From positions 352,001 through 416,000 of the forward strand of contig CAWGJT010000005.1 of NCBI GenBank assembly GCA_963822965.1: DNA of 64,000 nt, written 5' to 3'. This document shows positions 46,309-57,437 of the stretch, one piece after another (position 1 is the first letter of the stretch; the number at the start of each line of letters is the position of its first letter). The translations under genes and the position numbers were made by a program. The notes under the pieces are model-generated. The model worked only from the letters and a program-made list of their open reading frames with translations. It had not been told where the DNA came from and ran no database searches. The stretch comes from an uncultured delta proteobacterium. GTDB taxonomy: Bacteria > Myxococcota_A > UBA9160 > UBA4427.

Positions 46309-49300
46309 TCAGAACGAGTAGCGCAGCCGAGGTACGCCTCGTCCCGGTTGCGCACGACGGAGATGCCGTTCTGCGCGCCGCTCTGGTAGGCCCAATCGCC
46401 CTGCTCGTTGCTGGGCGGGCCGATGCCGTTCGTGGCGATGTCCGCCCGCTGCTCGCGGCCGTAGAAGAACGCCAGGCCCACCGTCGCCGAGAAGTTCTCC
46501 GTGAAGCGGTAGTTGATCGAGGGCAGCAGGCCGCCCGAGCCGGACTGGATGTCGTGGATGAACGTGATGCTCGGATTCAGGCGGTCCTGGAAGTAGCCCG
46601 TGAAGACCGTGAGCGTCGCCAGGGCGTTGAAGGGACCGTTGCCCCCGAAGCCCTTCTTCACGCCCCGCCGATACTGGAAGAACCACTGGGAGTTGATGAA
46701 GAGGGTGCGATTCGGGTTGATGAAGTTCACGAAGGTGGGACGGTCGATGGAGACCGTGAGGTTGAACTCGTCGGTGTTCTTCGTGTTGTCGAACTGATCC
46801 GCGTCCCCGGTCGGCACGTTCTCGATCCAGGTGGTCTCGATGCTGAAGTTCGACTTGCTGCGGTCCTCCGCGAAGTCCATGGCGAAGCCCAGCACGTTGC
46901 GCTTGGGGGCGTAGAGCGTGACCTCGCCGCCCGAGTGCCACTGCATGGTGCGGCGACCGTAGGCGCCGTTGCCGCCCGCCGCGAGCGTGTTTCGCTTCAA
47001 GCCCGCCAGGAAGTACAGGTTGCGAACGGTGCTGCAGTACTGCGGCGTGATGAAGCTGCAGTGCTGGTTGCGGATGATGTTGAAGCGGCCGGTGTTCGGG
47101 AGATTGCCCGGGAAGTTCGGGGGAGGGGCCGTCGTACTGATTGCTGAGGTCGGTCGGGTCCTCCGGCACCACCAGGGGGACGTTCGGGAACTGCAGGGTG
47201 TCCTGGAACTGCTGGGTCGCCACCGGGTCGAGCGGGTTGATGCCGTTGGCCGCGTAGAGCTGGCTGAGCGCGGTGAGCTGGTTGACGTTGCCGTCGATGC
47301 GGCAGGTGCCGAGACCGGTCTGCGGGTTGATCACGCCGTAGTCCGAGCCGCAGTAGCCGAAGAGCATCTGCGCGACGATCCGGCGGTTGGCGGCCTGGCT
47401 GGCCGCGCTGGCGGGATTCGCCGTGGGAATGGAGCCGCCCTCGAGGGTGGCGCCGCAGCGAGTGCGCAGGTTCGCGTTGCTGCTCAGGGGATCGCAGCCG
47501 GGGCGGTTCGGATCCGCCAGATCGCCGACGGTCTCGAGCGCGGCCTGGAACTCGGTGGAGAACGCCACCGCGATCATCTGGAAGTTCCACGAGAGGCCGG
47601 CGAGCTCGCTCGCGAAGGGCACGATCAGCTGCGGGTTGCCCGGACCGTTGGCCGGGTTCGCGAACGTCACCGCCCGCTGGCTCGCGAAGGGGTGGCCGGG
47701 GCCGATGGCGGGCCGGTCGGCGAAGAGCGGGTGCTGGTTGGGCAGGACGGGGAACGAGAACGTGAAGACGGAGTCGGGGAACTGCAGCCGCCGCGCCGCC
47801 GCCTGCTCGACCACGCCGAGGGGGTCGGGATTGCCGCTGTAGTAGAAGTAGTCGATCAGGACGGCGTTGGTGGAGGGGTTGCGCGCCTCGAGGGGCAGCC
47901 CCGTGGCGGGGTCGGGGATCAGGTTGCCGTTGCCGTCCTGCAGGAAGACGGGCTGGCCCCAGGCCAGGTTCAGGTAGCCGTTCTGCTTGTCCACCCACTT
48001 GCGATGGCAGCCCGGCAGCGCCTCCTTTCGGCTGGGCGGGCGGGCGACGGGGCCGTTGGCGCCCGGCACCTGGATCGTGTCCTGGCCGCGGGGATAGTAG
48101 TTGCCGCCGATGTCGGCCGCGGAGCAGAGCGGACCGCCGATTCCCGCGACCTCCCAGGGCAGCGTTCCCGGCTGGAGTCCCTCGTCGGTGCGGTACTCCG
48201 TCGGGGCGCGGAAGGGCAGGGGCTGACCCGTTCGGGGATCGATCTTGGCGGTGCCCGGGGGCCGGACGCCCTCCTGCTTGAGGCGAACCGCGGTTTCGGT
48301 GCCGGCTGCGCCCGCGAAGGTCTGCAGCACGGTACTCGGCTCCATGTTGAGCAGGTCGATGCCCGACTGGTCGCAGTTGGTCCCCCAGAACGGACCGCAG
48401 CCAAGCAGCGCCTCCTGCTCGGGAGACAGGGTGTCTGCCAGGACCGTGATCGGATCGGCGCGGCCACCGCAGGCGACCTGCCCGCCCTGGGACTGGGGGA
48501 CGTCGATCGTCTGGAAATCCTGGCAGCCCAGGGACTCCTGGTCGCCCGGATCGGCGGAGAGCAGCACGATGGGCAGCTCGTAGGGGAGGAACTTGCTCCC
48601 CTTGTTGCCCGGTCCGTCGCAGAACGGCGCTTGCGGGGTCTTGCAGGTGGTGTCGCTGTCCTGGGCGAGCGCGGAGTTGAGGAGCGGATCGCCGGCCAGG
48701 AGCTTGCCGATCGCCTCGGCCACCAGGATGCCGCTCGACGCCTCCTCGGTGCTGCCGAAGACGGTCTGGGCGCAGGCCGTCTTGTCGAGATCGAGGAAGC
48801 CGATGGTCGCCGAGCACAGCCAGGTGAAGATGGTGAGGTTGGCGGAGTGGGCGTCCAGGGCGTTCGTCGGCTGATAGGGGCACGTCGAGGGGACCGTGTC
48901 GCCCTGGCCGTCGCCGTTCGTGTCCACGAGCTGGCAGTCAGGGTCGTTGGGATCGAAGCCGAGGGCCCGGTCCGCGTCGCCGTTGCGGGGGAAGAAGCCC
49001 GCCAGCGCGTCCAGCGGACGGGGATCGTCGAAGAGCTGCGTCGGTCCGGCCGTCAGGCAGGTCGGCCCCGGGTCGAGGCTGCCGGACTCGTTGTTGTCCG
49101 CCACCGGCCGCGGGAAGTAGCGGATCTTGTTGGCGTTCGGGCCGGAGTTCGTGCGGGTGGTGCCGCAGTTGACGCGCGACGTGCGTGCCACGAAGTACTC
49201 CGGATCGCGGGCGAACGGCAGCGTGCCGGCGTTCACGCCACCCGGGTTCTCCTGCTGCTTGACGATCAGCGCCTGCAGGTCACCGAACGGATCTTCCCAG

Positions 49301-51453
49301 GGATCGTCGCCATTGCCGATGCCCTGCCACAGGGAGGTGACCATGTCCGGCTGGGTGGAGATGTCCTGGGCGTAGCTCTTGGCGAGGTTCAGGCGGCGGA
49401 TCGCCGGGTCGACGCCCCCCTGGTAGATCAGGGGCCGGCCAGTCTGGGTATCGACGTTGCGCTCGTAGGTGGTGACCCGGCGCACGGACGGCAGGTCCGC
49501 GTAGCCCCAGAAGTCCGAGAGCGCGAAGCTGAAGCGCTCCCAGCGCCACTCGAGGCGGCCGCCGACCTCCCAGCCCTTGAGCGACTGCCACGGGTTGGGG
49601 GTCTTCTCGACGCCGACGATGCCGACCCCGGTGAAGCCGTGGGCGAACGCGCCGAAGGCGGCCTGGCACACCAGGTCCACCGCGTAGGGCTCGCCGCAGG
49701 AGCCGAAGTCGCTGGACTGGTAGTCGTCGATGTTGGCGGCCAGCTCGAGGCGCACGTCGACGAAGGGGCCGACCTCGTAGAAGGACCACACGCCCCGGGC
49801 CGACCAGAGCGCGATGCGCGACTCCTCGAGGCTCGGCAGGGTGGCGAGCGCCAGGTCCTGGGGGTTGAACTGATCCGTGGTGCGGAAGAGCTCCGTCTTG
49901 CCCCAGACGATCTGCTGCTTGCCGATGCGCATCCAGAGCTGGCTGTCGAACATCTCGATGTCGAAGTAGGCCTCCTTCAGCTCCTTCTCGTCCTCCTGGG
50001 CGAGGCCGCGGTTCCACGCGCGCCGCGACTCCGAGAGGTTGAGGGGCCAGCTGGGCGCCAGGTCGCCCTTCTGGATCAGCTGGCGCAGGGGCGGGCTCGG
50101 CACGAAGAGGCCGCGCGCCTGGGTGTTCGCGTTCATGGTGACGATCTGGCCGTTCACGAACTCCAGGCGCGGGGCGATGCTCTGCCCCGGGATGATCTGC
50201 GGCGGCTGGGTGCTGAGGTTCGAGAGATTGACGTCCGAGCTCTGGACGACGCGGAAGTTCGGGTTGGGCAGGGGCTGCGCGTTGGAGCCCGTGGTCATTC
50301 GCGTCAGGTCGCGGACGTCGTAGGCCCGGCGGACCGACGAGTTGGGGTCGTTCGGATCGTCGCCCGGGAAGACGACGTTCACCGTGGTGTAGAGCTCGCG
50401 CTGTCCGCTTGCCGTGAAGCGCTCGTCGCCGTGGTTGTAGCGGGGGTCGATCTTGAGGATGCGATACGTCGAGGGATCGTTGGGATTCGCCTCGGCGGCG
50501 ACTGCGTCGTTCTCGTAGACCACCACCGTGATCTTCTCGGGTCCGTGCCGGGAGTAGTCCTCGGCGTAGACCGGAATCGGCCGGAAGGGACGCGCGCCGC
50601 CGCCCTCGAGACGATTGCTCGCGCAGCCTCCCGGATCGGCGTTGTTCAGGCGGCAGTTCAGCACCGGGTTGAGCCGGCTGTTGTCGAACGGGTTCGTCCG
50701 ATCGGCCAGCACCGCGTTGGTGGAGACCGTGTTCTCGGGCCGCCACGGACCGAGAATCGCGATGGGATTGCCCGAGCTGGAGCCGCCCTTGAAGTTCACC
50801 ATCGTGAAGCGGAAATCGCTGAATCGCTCGAACACGTAGTCGAAGGGCTTGGTTCCGTCCTGGCCGTCGGGAAAGCAGTTGAGCCCCGGACGACTCTGGT
50901 TCGGATCCCCGGGCACGCAGGGCACCACCGAGCCGGTGATGAACTGTCCCTTCGTATCCGCGACGCCGGAGAAGCCCGGCACCTCCGAGAGCGGGACCGG
51001 ATCGGTCGTGGCGCCCGAGGCGCGCCCCTCGTTGCGGATCGGGATGTCGCCAGAGCTCGTCTGGACGGTGGCGTTCTGGAGCCGGCGCGGCAGGCTCTTC
51101 GACTGGTCGCCGAAGGTGTTCATGCCGCGGAACATCCCGCAGCCGTTGGAGTAGATGCAGTCGTAACGCACCTCGGCCCGGACGTAGGCCGAGAGCAGGT
51201 CGACCATGCCGACACGATCCTGGAGCAGGTCGAACTCGAGCTCGAGGTTGAAGACCTGGTACCACTGGGTGACGTCCCACTGCTCGGCGAAGTCGGCGTT
51301 GATGGCGCGGAACTGGCTCTCGTAGAAGCCGTGGGCCTGCAGCCGGCCGTCGAAGGCCTCGAAGGCCTGGACGGGGGCGGCGGCGAGCAGGAGGGCAACG
51401 ACCAGCCCCCACACCCCCCGCCAAGCCGGTCCCGCTGCAACCATCCTGCGCAT
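46309..51453 (-). CDS. Giant DUF1302-like outer-membrane protein, ~1700 aa (frameshifts near 47100 and 46330)
   Basis: Signal peptide AAAPVQA-FEAF; LKEAYFD..RIGKQQIVWGKTELFRTTDQFNP; amphipathic beta-strands; C-terminal RYSF. Confidence 0.75.
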   Translation of the reverse strand: MRRMVAAGPAWRGVWGLVVALLLAAAPVQAFEAFDGRLQAHGFYESQFRAINADFAEQWDVTQWYQVFNLELEFDLLQDRVGMVDLLSAYVRAEVRYDCIYSNGCGMFRGMNTFGDQSKSLPRRLQNATVQTSSGDIPIRNEGRASGATTDPVPLSEVPGFSGVADTKGQFITGSVVPCVPGDPNQSRPGLNCFPDGQDGTKPFDYVFERFSDFRFTMVNFKGGSSSGNPIAILGPWRPENTVSTNAVLADRTNPFDNSRLNPVLNCRLNNADPGGCASNRLEGGGARPFRPIPVYAEDYSRHGPEKITVVVYENDAVAAEANPNDPSTYRILKIDPRYNHGDERFTASGQRELYTTVNVVFPGDDPNDPNSSVRRAYDVRDLTRMTTGSNAQPLPNPNFRVVQSSDVNLSNLSTQPPQIIPGQSIAPRLEFVNGQIVTMNANTQARGLFVPSPPLRQLIQKGDLAPSWPLNLSESRRAWNRGLAQEDEKELKEAYFDIEMFDSQLWMRIGKQQIVWGKTELFRTTDQFNPQDLALATLPSLEESRIALWSARGVWSFYEVGPFVDVRLELAANIDDYQSSDFGSCGEPYAVDLVCQAAFGAFAHGFTGVGIVGVEKTPNPWQSLKGWEVGGRLEWRWERFSFALSDFWGYADLPSVRRVTTYERNVDTQTGRPLIYQGGVDPAIRRLNLAKSYAQDISTQPDMVTSLWQGIGNGDDPWEDPFGDLQALIVKQQENPGGVNAGTLPFARDPEYFVARTSRVNCGTTRTNSGPNANKIRYFPRPVADNNESGSLDPGPTCLTAGPTQLFDDPRPLDALAGFFPRNGDADRALGFDPNDPDCQLVDTNGDGQGDTVPSTCPYQPTNALDAHSANLTIFTWLCSATIGFLDLDKTACAQTVFGSTEEASSGILVAEAIGKLLAGDPLLNSALAQDSDTTCKTPQAPFCDGPGNKGSKFLPYELPIVLLSADPGDQESLGCQDFQTIDVPQSQGGQVACGGRADPITVLADTLSPEQEALLGCGPFWGTNCDQSGIDLLNMEPSTVLQTFAGAAGTETAVRLKQEGVRPPGTAKIDPRTGQPLPFRAPTEYRTDEGLQPGTLPWEVAGIGGPLCSAADIGGNYYPRGQDTIQVPGANGPVARPPSRKEALPGCHRKWVDKQNGYLNLAWGQPVFLQDGNGNLIPDPATGLPLEARNPSTNAVLIDYFYYSGNPDPLGVVEQAAARRLQFPDSVFTFSFPVLPNQHPLFADRPAIGPGHPFASQRAVTFANPANGPGNPQLIVPFASELAGLSWNFQMIAVAFSTEFQAALETVGDLADPNRPGCDPLSSNANLRTRCGATLEGGSIPTANPASAASQAANRRIVAQMLFGYCGSDYGVINPQTGLGTCRIDGNVNQLTALSQLYAANGINPLDPVATQQFQDTLQFPNVPLVVPEDPTDLSNQYDGPSPELPGQSPEHRPLQHHPQPALQLHHAAVLQHRSQPVLPGGLEAKHARGGRQRRLRSPHHAVALGRRGHALRPQAQRAGLRHGLRGGPQQVELQHRDHLDRERADRGRGSVRQHEEHRRVQPHGLHRPSHLRELHQPESHPLHQLPVVLPVSAGREEGLRGQRSLQRPGDAHGLHGLLPGPPESEHHVHPRHPVRLGRPAALDQLPLHGELLGDGGPGVLLRPRAAGGHRHERHRPAQQRAGRLGLPERRAERHLRRAQPGRGVPRLRYSF

Positions 51454-51754
51454 ATGCCCTCCGAAATCCGTCCTGGTGCCGCCCGCCGATCCCGAACGAA
51501 CAGAGCCCCAGGCTCGCCCGGGACCGACCCGGAAGCGCGGACTACCTCGGAAGCGCCTTGCGGCACTGGCACTTATACCCTGCAGGCCGCTAAAGAAACA
51601 AGGAAATTCGGGGCTCCGGCCGGGGCCTTCGGGGCGCCGCGGGGGCCCTCCGAGCGAGTCGGAGGCGACCGGATTCGACACGTGGTGAAATCAACACCCA
51701 CCGCCCGACGGGCTCGTCGGGCGGCCCCCGCAGGAGCGACAGGAGGTTCCATCC

Positions 51755-52537
51755 GTGAGCGACGCCCAACCCATCACCGGCTGCCGGCCGGACGACGTTG
51801 CCGGCCACGTGTTCGTGTGCGGCGACCCCGCCCGGGTCGAGCGCCTGTCGGCGTCGTGGAGCGCCCGGCGCGAGGTGTGCAACGTGCGCGAGTACCGCAT
51901 CGTGACCGGCACCCTGGACGGACTCCCGGTCAGCGCGGCCTCCACGGGGATCGGTGCGCCGAGCACGGCGGTGCTCCTCGAGGAGCTGGCGAAGCTCGGC
52001 GCTCACACCTTCCTGCGCGTGGGCAACAGCGGCGGCCTGGCCCCGCAGCTCGCCCTCGGCGACCTGGTGGTCACCACCGGGGCCGTCCGCGACGACGGCA
52101 CCTCGCACAGCTACGTGATTCCCGGCTATCCCGCGGTAGCCCATCACGAGATCGTCACCGCCCTCGTCGAGGCCGGCCGCGAGGTCGGGGCCTCGCTCCA
52201 CACGGGGATCACCTGGTCGCTGGACGCCTTCTACGCCCGCAACGCCGTGCTCGACGCCGCCGGCGCGATGAGCTCGATGAGCGTGGGCGGCTACTGGCCG
52301 AGCCACTTCGAGACGCGCATTCGCGACATGCAGGCCGCGGGCGTCCTCAACTGCGAGATGGAGGCGGGCGTGATCCTGACCCTGGCCGGGCTCTTCGGCC
52401 TGCGCGCAGGCTGCATCTGCGTCGTCTCGGACCGCACGCCCTGGCCCGGCCCCTCGACGATCGACCTGGACCGGAACATGGCCACCTGCATCGACGTCGC
52501 CAGCCGCGCCATGCTGGCGCTCGCACGGCGCGGGTGA
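51755..52537 (+). CDS. Nucleoside (uridine-type) phosphorylase
   Basis: CGDPARV, STGIGAPS, RVGNSGG, VRDDGTS, NCEMEA. Confidence 0.9.
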   Translation: MSDAQPITGCRPDDVAGHVFVCGDPARVERLSASWSARREVCNVREYRIVTGTLDGLPVSAASTGIGAPSTAVLLEELAKLGAHTFLRVGNSGGLAPQLALGDLVVTTGAVRDDGTSHSYVIPGYPAVAHHEIVTALVEAGREVGASLHTGITWSLDAFYARNAVLDAAGAMSSMSVGGYWPSHFETRIRDMQAAGVLNCEMEAGVILTLAGLFGLRAGCICVVSDRTPWPGPSTIDLDRNMATCIDVASRAMLALARRG

Positions 52538-52555
52538 GCCGTCTCCGGGCCGCGT

Positions 52556-53827
52556 TCAGTCCGCGGGCACCAGGCTCACGGGCACGGGCATGACGTTCCA
52601 GGTGAAGACCCCGCCTCCGCCCTTGCGCTTGTAGATCAGCTCGCGGACCAGGCGCTTGCCGTCCCAGACGTAGCGCCGCACCTCGTTGTGCTTGTCGCTG
52701 GCCACGTACAGCTCGTCGCGGCCGTCGCCGTCGAGGTCCGCCAGGATCGCGGCGTGCTCGAAGCCGCCGGAGTCGCGGTCGATGGACGTGACCTTCCACT
52801 TCGCACCCGGCGCGCCGGGCTGCAGCAGCCACAGGCCGCTCTGGAAGGCCGCCGCCACCAGCTCCTTCTTGCCGTCGCCGTCCACGTCGCCGGCCGTCAG
52901 GAAGCGGCAGAGCCGGTCGCGGATCTCGGCGATCAGCACGCCTTCCTTGGGGTCCGTGTCCGCGTCGTAGCGGCGGATCTCGACGCCGTGCTCGATGGTG
53001 CCCGTGGCCGGATCGATCTTGCCCTCGACCGCCACGTAGAGCTCGTCGCGGCCGTCGCCGTCCACGTCGTCCACGAGGATCTCCTTGGCGTGGCGGTCGC
53101 CGAGGTCGGCCACCACCACGCGCCCCTCCCCGGTCTTCGGCACGTAGCGGACCACCGCGCCGGATTGGGGCGAGCCGTCGAGACGGTTCGGCTCGCTCGG
53201 CGTCGCGTACACCTCGAGCACCCCGTCTCCGTTCAGGTCGCCGATCTCGATCTCGTGGACGAAGGTGTCCTTCTGGTGGTCGATCTCCGTCACCTCGAAG
53301 CCGCCGGCACCGTCGGGGTGCACGGTGGCGACGACGCCCTGGTCGTGGGTGGCCACCGCCATGGAGGCCTGGCCGTCGCCGAAGAGATCGGCCACCTCGA
53401 CGTCGCGCATGCGGCTGAACTTTCCGCCGAAGTCCTTCTTCCACAGGGTCTCCGCCTGGAGCTTGCCCGAGGCGTCCCGGGTCCAGAGCTTGAGGATCGC
53501 CGCGGTGCCTCCGGCCGTGAGGAGCTTCGGCGGCTGCCCCGGCGCGCGGTACGCCATGGCCTTGTGGAAGACGTTGCTCTCGGGGTCGCTCATCGTGTGC
53601 AGCTGCCAGGAGCCGTCGTCCTGCTGCACCAGGAACTCGAGGCCGGCGGGAAGCGGCTGGGGTGCACCGCCGGCGGCCGACTTCGGGGCGAACTGCGCGA
53701 GGGCCAGCACCAGCGCCTGCTTCTCGCCTCCGCCGCCGCCGGAATCGCCGCTGCAGCCGACGACCCCGCTCGCCAGCACGAGCGTCGCCGCCAGCCCCAG
53801 GCTCCATCCCCCGCGAATTGCGCCCAT
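52556..53827 (-). CDS. FG-GAP/VCBS-repeat beta-propeller lipoprotein
   Basis: Lipobox VVGC; five DxxGDG repeats (DLFGDG, DLNGDG, DVDGDG twice, DLDGDG). Confidence 0.82.
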   Translation of the reverse strand: MGAIRGGWSLGLAATLVLASGVVGCSGDSGGGGGEKQALVLALAQFAPKSAAGGAPQPLPAGLEFLVQQDDGSWQLHTMSDPESNVFHKAMAYRAPGQPPKLLTAGGTAAILKLWTRDASGKLQAETLWKKDFGGKFSRMRDVEVADLFGDGQASMAVATHDQGVVATVHPDGAGGFEVTEIDHQKDTFVHEIEIGDLNGDGVLEVYATPSEPNRLDGSPQSGAVVRYVPKTGEGRVVVADLGDRHAKEILVDDVDGDGRDELYVAVEGKIDPATGTIEHGVEIRRYDADTDPKEGVLIAEIRDRLCRFLTAGDVDGDGKKELVAAAFQSGLWLLQPGAPGAKWKVTSIDRDSGGFEHAAILADLDGDGRDELYVASDKHNEVRRYVWDGKRLVRELIYKRKGGGGVFTWNVMPVPVSLVPAD

Positions 53828-53936
53828 CTTCGATGACCTCCGTGGCCCGGTGGTTTAGCCCCGATGGCCCATCGCATCCAGCTTGCAGCGCGACGGCCAC
53901 CGGCAGCCCCCCGGCAGGCGTGCCATCTTCCGCCGC

Positions 53937-55212
53937 GTGAGCAGGCCCAGCCTCCAGAACGTGCGCGGAACCCGCGACTTCTACCCCGACGAGCTGCGCC
54001 AGCGGGAATGGCTCTTCGACCACTTCCGCGAGGTGGCAGCCCGCTTCGCCTTCGAGGCCGTGGACGCCCCCATGCTCGAGCCCGCGGAGCTCTTCATCCG
54101 CAAGGCCGGCGAGGAGATCGTCGACCAGCTCTACCACTTCGAGCTCCACGGTAGACACCTCGCCCTACGGCCGCGAGTTCACGCCGTCCCTGGCCCGAAT
54201 GGTCCAGGCCCGGGTGGGCGGGCTGCGGACGCCCCTGCGCTGGTTCAGCATCCCCCAGTGCTGGCGCTACGAGCGCATGACCCGCGGGCGCAAGCGCGAG
54301 CACTACCAGTGGAACATGGACATCTGGGGCGAGCCCGGGGTGGCCGCCGAGGCCGAGCTGATCGCCGCCTGCTTCCACCTGTTCGACGCCGTGGGCCTCG
54401 AGCGGCGGGACGTGGTGATGCGGATCAACAGCCGCGCACTGATCGAGGAGGCGCTGCTGGCGGGGCCCCTGGGCGGGCGCCCCGACGCCTTCGAGCCCCT
54501 GTGCGTCATCGTCGACAAGCTCGCGAAGATCGGCGCCGACGCGGTGGTCGATCAGCTCGTGGAGCCGGGCGGGCCGGTGGGCCTCGACGCCGCGGCGGCG
54601 CGGGACGTGGTGGAGATGCTCGCGGCGCGGAGCCTCGAGGAGGCCGCGGCCCACGCGCCGGCGGGCTCGCACTCGCTGGACGACCTGAAGCGCCTCTTCG
54701 AGCTGCTCGACGCCTACGGGGTGGCCGAGAGCGTTCGCTTCGACGCCTCGGTGGTGCGGGGGCTGGCGTACTACACGGGCGTCGTGTTCGAAGCCTTCGA
54801 CACCTCCGGCGAGCTGCGCTCGATCTGCGGCGGCGGCCGCTACGACCGGCTGCTCGAGACCCTGGGCGGCCCCTCGCTGCCCGCGGCGGGGTTCGGCATG
54901 GGCGACGTGGTGCTGACCGAGCTGCTCTCGGACAAGGGGCTGCTGCCGCGCCTGCCGCCGGGGGTCGACGACGTGGTCTACGCCTTCGGCGAGGACGAGC
55001 GCCCGGCGGCCGTCCGAGCCGCCGAGCGCCTGCGCCGGGCGGGCCGCCGGGTGGAGCTCGTGCTCGGGCGGCCGCGCCTCAAGCGCGTGCTGGCCGACGC
55101 GGACAAGGTCGGTGCCGCCCGGGTCTGGCTGATCGGCCCGGACGAGGCCGCGCGCGGAGTCGCCACGGTCCGGGACCTGGCCAGCGGCGAGCAGCGGGAA
55201 GAGCCGCTCTAG
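53937..55212 (+). CDS. hisS: Histidine--tRNA ligase (frameshift near 54170)
   Basis: VRGTRDFYP, ALRPEFTPSLAR, WRYER..GRKREHYQ, VRGLAYYTG, GGGRYD. Confidence 0.96.
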
Positions 55213-55527
55213 CGGGGGCAGACACCCGGGGCGGGGACGAATCGCGGGATCGTCGCTACCTTCCCGCGCCGGAACCCAGGCGCCGCCGGCGGCATCGACC
55301 GGAAGTGCGGGCCTCCTCCGCCCGCCGCAAGTCCCGACGCATCGCAAGTCCGCGAGACGCGCTCTCGATCGCGTTCATCCACCTCGTTCGATCTCACCCG
55401 AACTCGCCAACCCGTTCGCAGGATCGTTCCCGAAACCCTGCCAGCCCCACCCGACACCCGTTCCACCCCGCTTCGGCCACCGAAGCTCGGGCCGCAGGGC
55501 CCGACGACGAGCATGGAGAGACTGCCA

Positions 55528-57437
55528 ATGTCGAAGGAATGGACGTTCGAGGACAGCCTCGAGCTGTACAACGTGCCCAGCTGGGGTGGAGACTTCTTCA
55601 CCGTGAGCCAACGCGGGACGGTGCTGGTGGGGCCCCGGGGCGACCAGGGCCCCCGGGTCGACCTGCACTCCCTGGTGCTCGATCTCCAGCGCCGCGGGCT
55701 GCGAACGCCCATGCTGATCCGGTTCTCGGACATCCTCGCCAGCCGCGTGCAGGGGCTCAACGCCGCCTTCACCCGGGCGATCGAGGAGTACGGCTACACG
55801 GGACGGTTCCGCGGGGTGTACCCGATCAAGGTGAACCAGCAGCGCCACGTCGTCGAGGAGATCGTGCAGTACGGCGCGCGAGGCGGGGGTGGGCCTCGAG
55901 GCCGGCAGCAAGCCCGAGCTGCTGGTGGCGCTGGCGATCCTCGACACGCCCGGCGCCCTGGTCATCTGCAACGGCTACAAGGACAAGGCCTACATCGAGA
56001 CGGCGCTGCTGGGCCAGCGGCTCGGCCTCAACCCGGTGATCGTGATCGATCGCTACCGCGAGCTCGACCTGGTGATCAAGACGGCCAGCGAGCTGGGCAT
56101 CCGCCCGCGGATCGGGCTGCGGGCCCGGCTCTCGGCCCGGGGCGCGGGCAAGTGGGTCGAGAGCACGGGACGCCGCTCGAAGTTCGGCCTGAACCCGGCC
56201 GAGATCGTGGCCGCCGCCGAGCGCCTCAAGAGCGAGAACATGCTCGACTGCCTGGAGCTGGTGCACTCGCACATCGGCTCGCAGATCACGTCGATCCAGG
56301 CCCACAAGGAGGCGCTCAAGGAGGTGGGGCGCGTCTACGTCGGCCTCCACCAGCTGGGCGCGAAGCTCGGGATGCTGGACGTGGGCGGCGGCCTGGCGGT
56401 GGACTACGACGGCTCGCGCAGCCAGTTCCACTCGTCGAAGAACTACTCGCTCCAGGAGTACGCCAACGACGTCGTGGCCTTCATCCAGGAGGCCTGCGAC
56501 GACGCCGGCATCGCCTCGCCGGACATCGTGACCGAGTCCGGGCGGGCGATGGTGGCTCACCACTCGGTGCTGGTCCTCGACGTCCTCGAGGTGAGCGAGG
56601 TGCTGACCGACAAGGCCCCCGATCCGCTGGAGGAGGAGGCGCCCAAGGTGCTCTACGACCTGGTGGACGTCTGGGAGAGCATCGGACCGGACCGGCTGCA
56701 GGAGGCCTACAACGACACGCTCGGCCTGCAGGACGAGGCCGCCACGCTCTTCTCCCTCGGCTACCTCGGCCTGGCCGACCGGGGCCGCGCCGAGCGCCTG
56801 GTGCTGAGCTGCTGCGGCAAGATCCTGCGGGAGGCGCGCCGCCTCGAGGATCCGCCGGAGGAGCTCGCCGGGCTCGAGGAGCAGCTCGCCGACACCTACT
56901 ACGCGAACTTCTCGGTGTTCCAGTCCGTCCCGGACTCCTGGGCGGTGGACCAGCTCTTCCCGGTGATGCCGATCCATCGGCTCGACGAGCGTCCCACCCG
57001 CCGCGGGGTGCTGGCGGACCTCACCTGCGACAGCGACGGCAAGATCGACCACTTCATCGGCGACCGGGGCGGCAAGCCCATCCTCGAGCTGCACGCCCCG
57101 GACGGCCGGCCCTACCTGATCGGAATCTTCCTGGTAGGCGCCTACCAGGAGATCCTCGGAGACCTGCACAACCTCTTCGGGGACACCGACGCGGTGCACG
57201 TGCGACTGGACGGCGAGGGGGACGGGAGCTACACGGTCGAGCACGTCGTCGAGGGAGACGCGGTGACCGACGTGCTCCGGTACGTGCAGTACGACCCGAA
57301 GTCGTTGATCGAGCGGGTGCGCCGCACCACCGAGGCGGCCCTGCGCGACGGGACGCATCGGGATCGAGGATTCGGCCCGGCTGCGCGAACGCTATGCCCG
57401 CGGCCTGAACGACTACACCTATCTCAAGCACGAGTAG
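55528..57437 (+). CDS. speA: Biosynthetic arginine decarboxylase (frameshifts near 55880 and 57355)
   Basis: YPIKVNQ, GLEAGSKPEL, HIGSQI, ESGRA, NFSVFQSVPDSW, DLTCDSDG, GAYQEILGDLHNLFG; ends DYTYLKHE-TAG. Confidence 0.95.

Noticed and set aside
46969..52593. 1874-aa plus-strand ORF and other long antisense or alternate-frame ORFs (e.g. 8392-13107 beyond rpe, 30417-33203, 60982-63885)
   Set aside because: These are shadow ORFs of real genes caused by stop-codon scarcity at high GC; they are Arg/Gly/Ala-rich and have no recognisable motifs.
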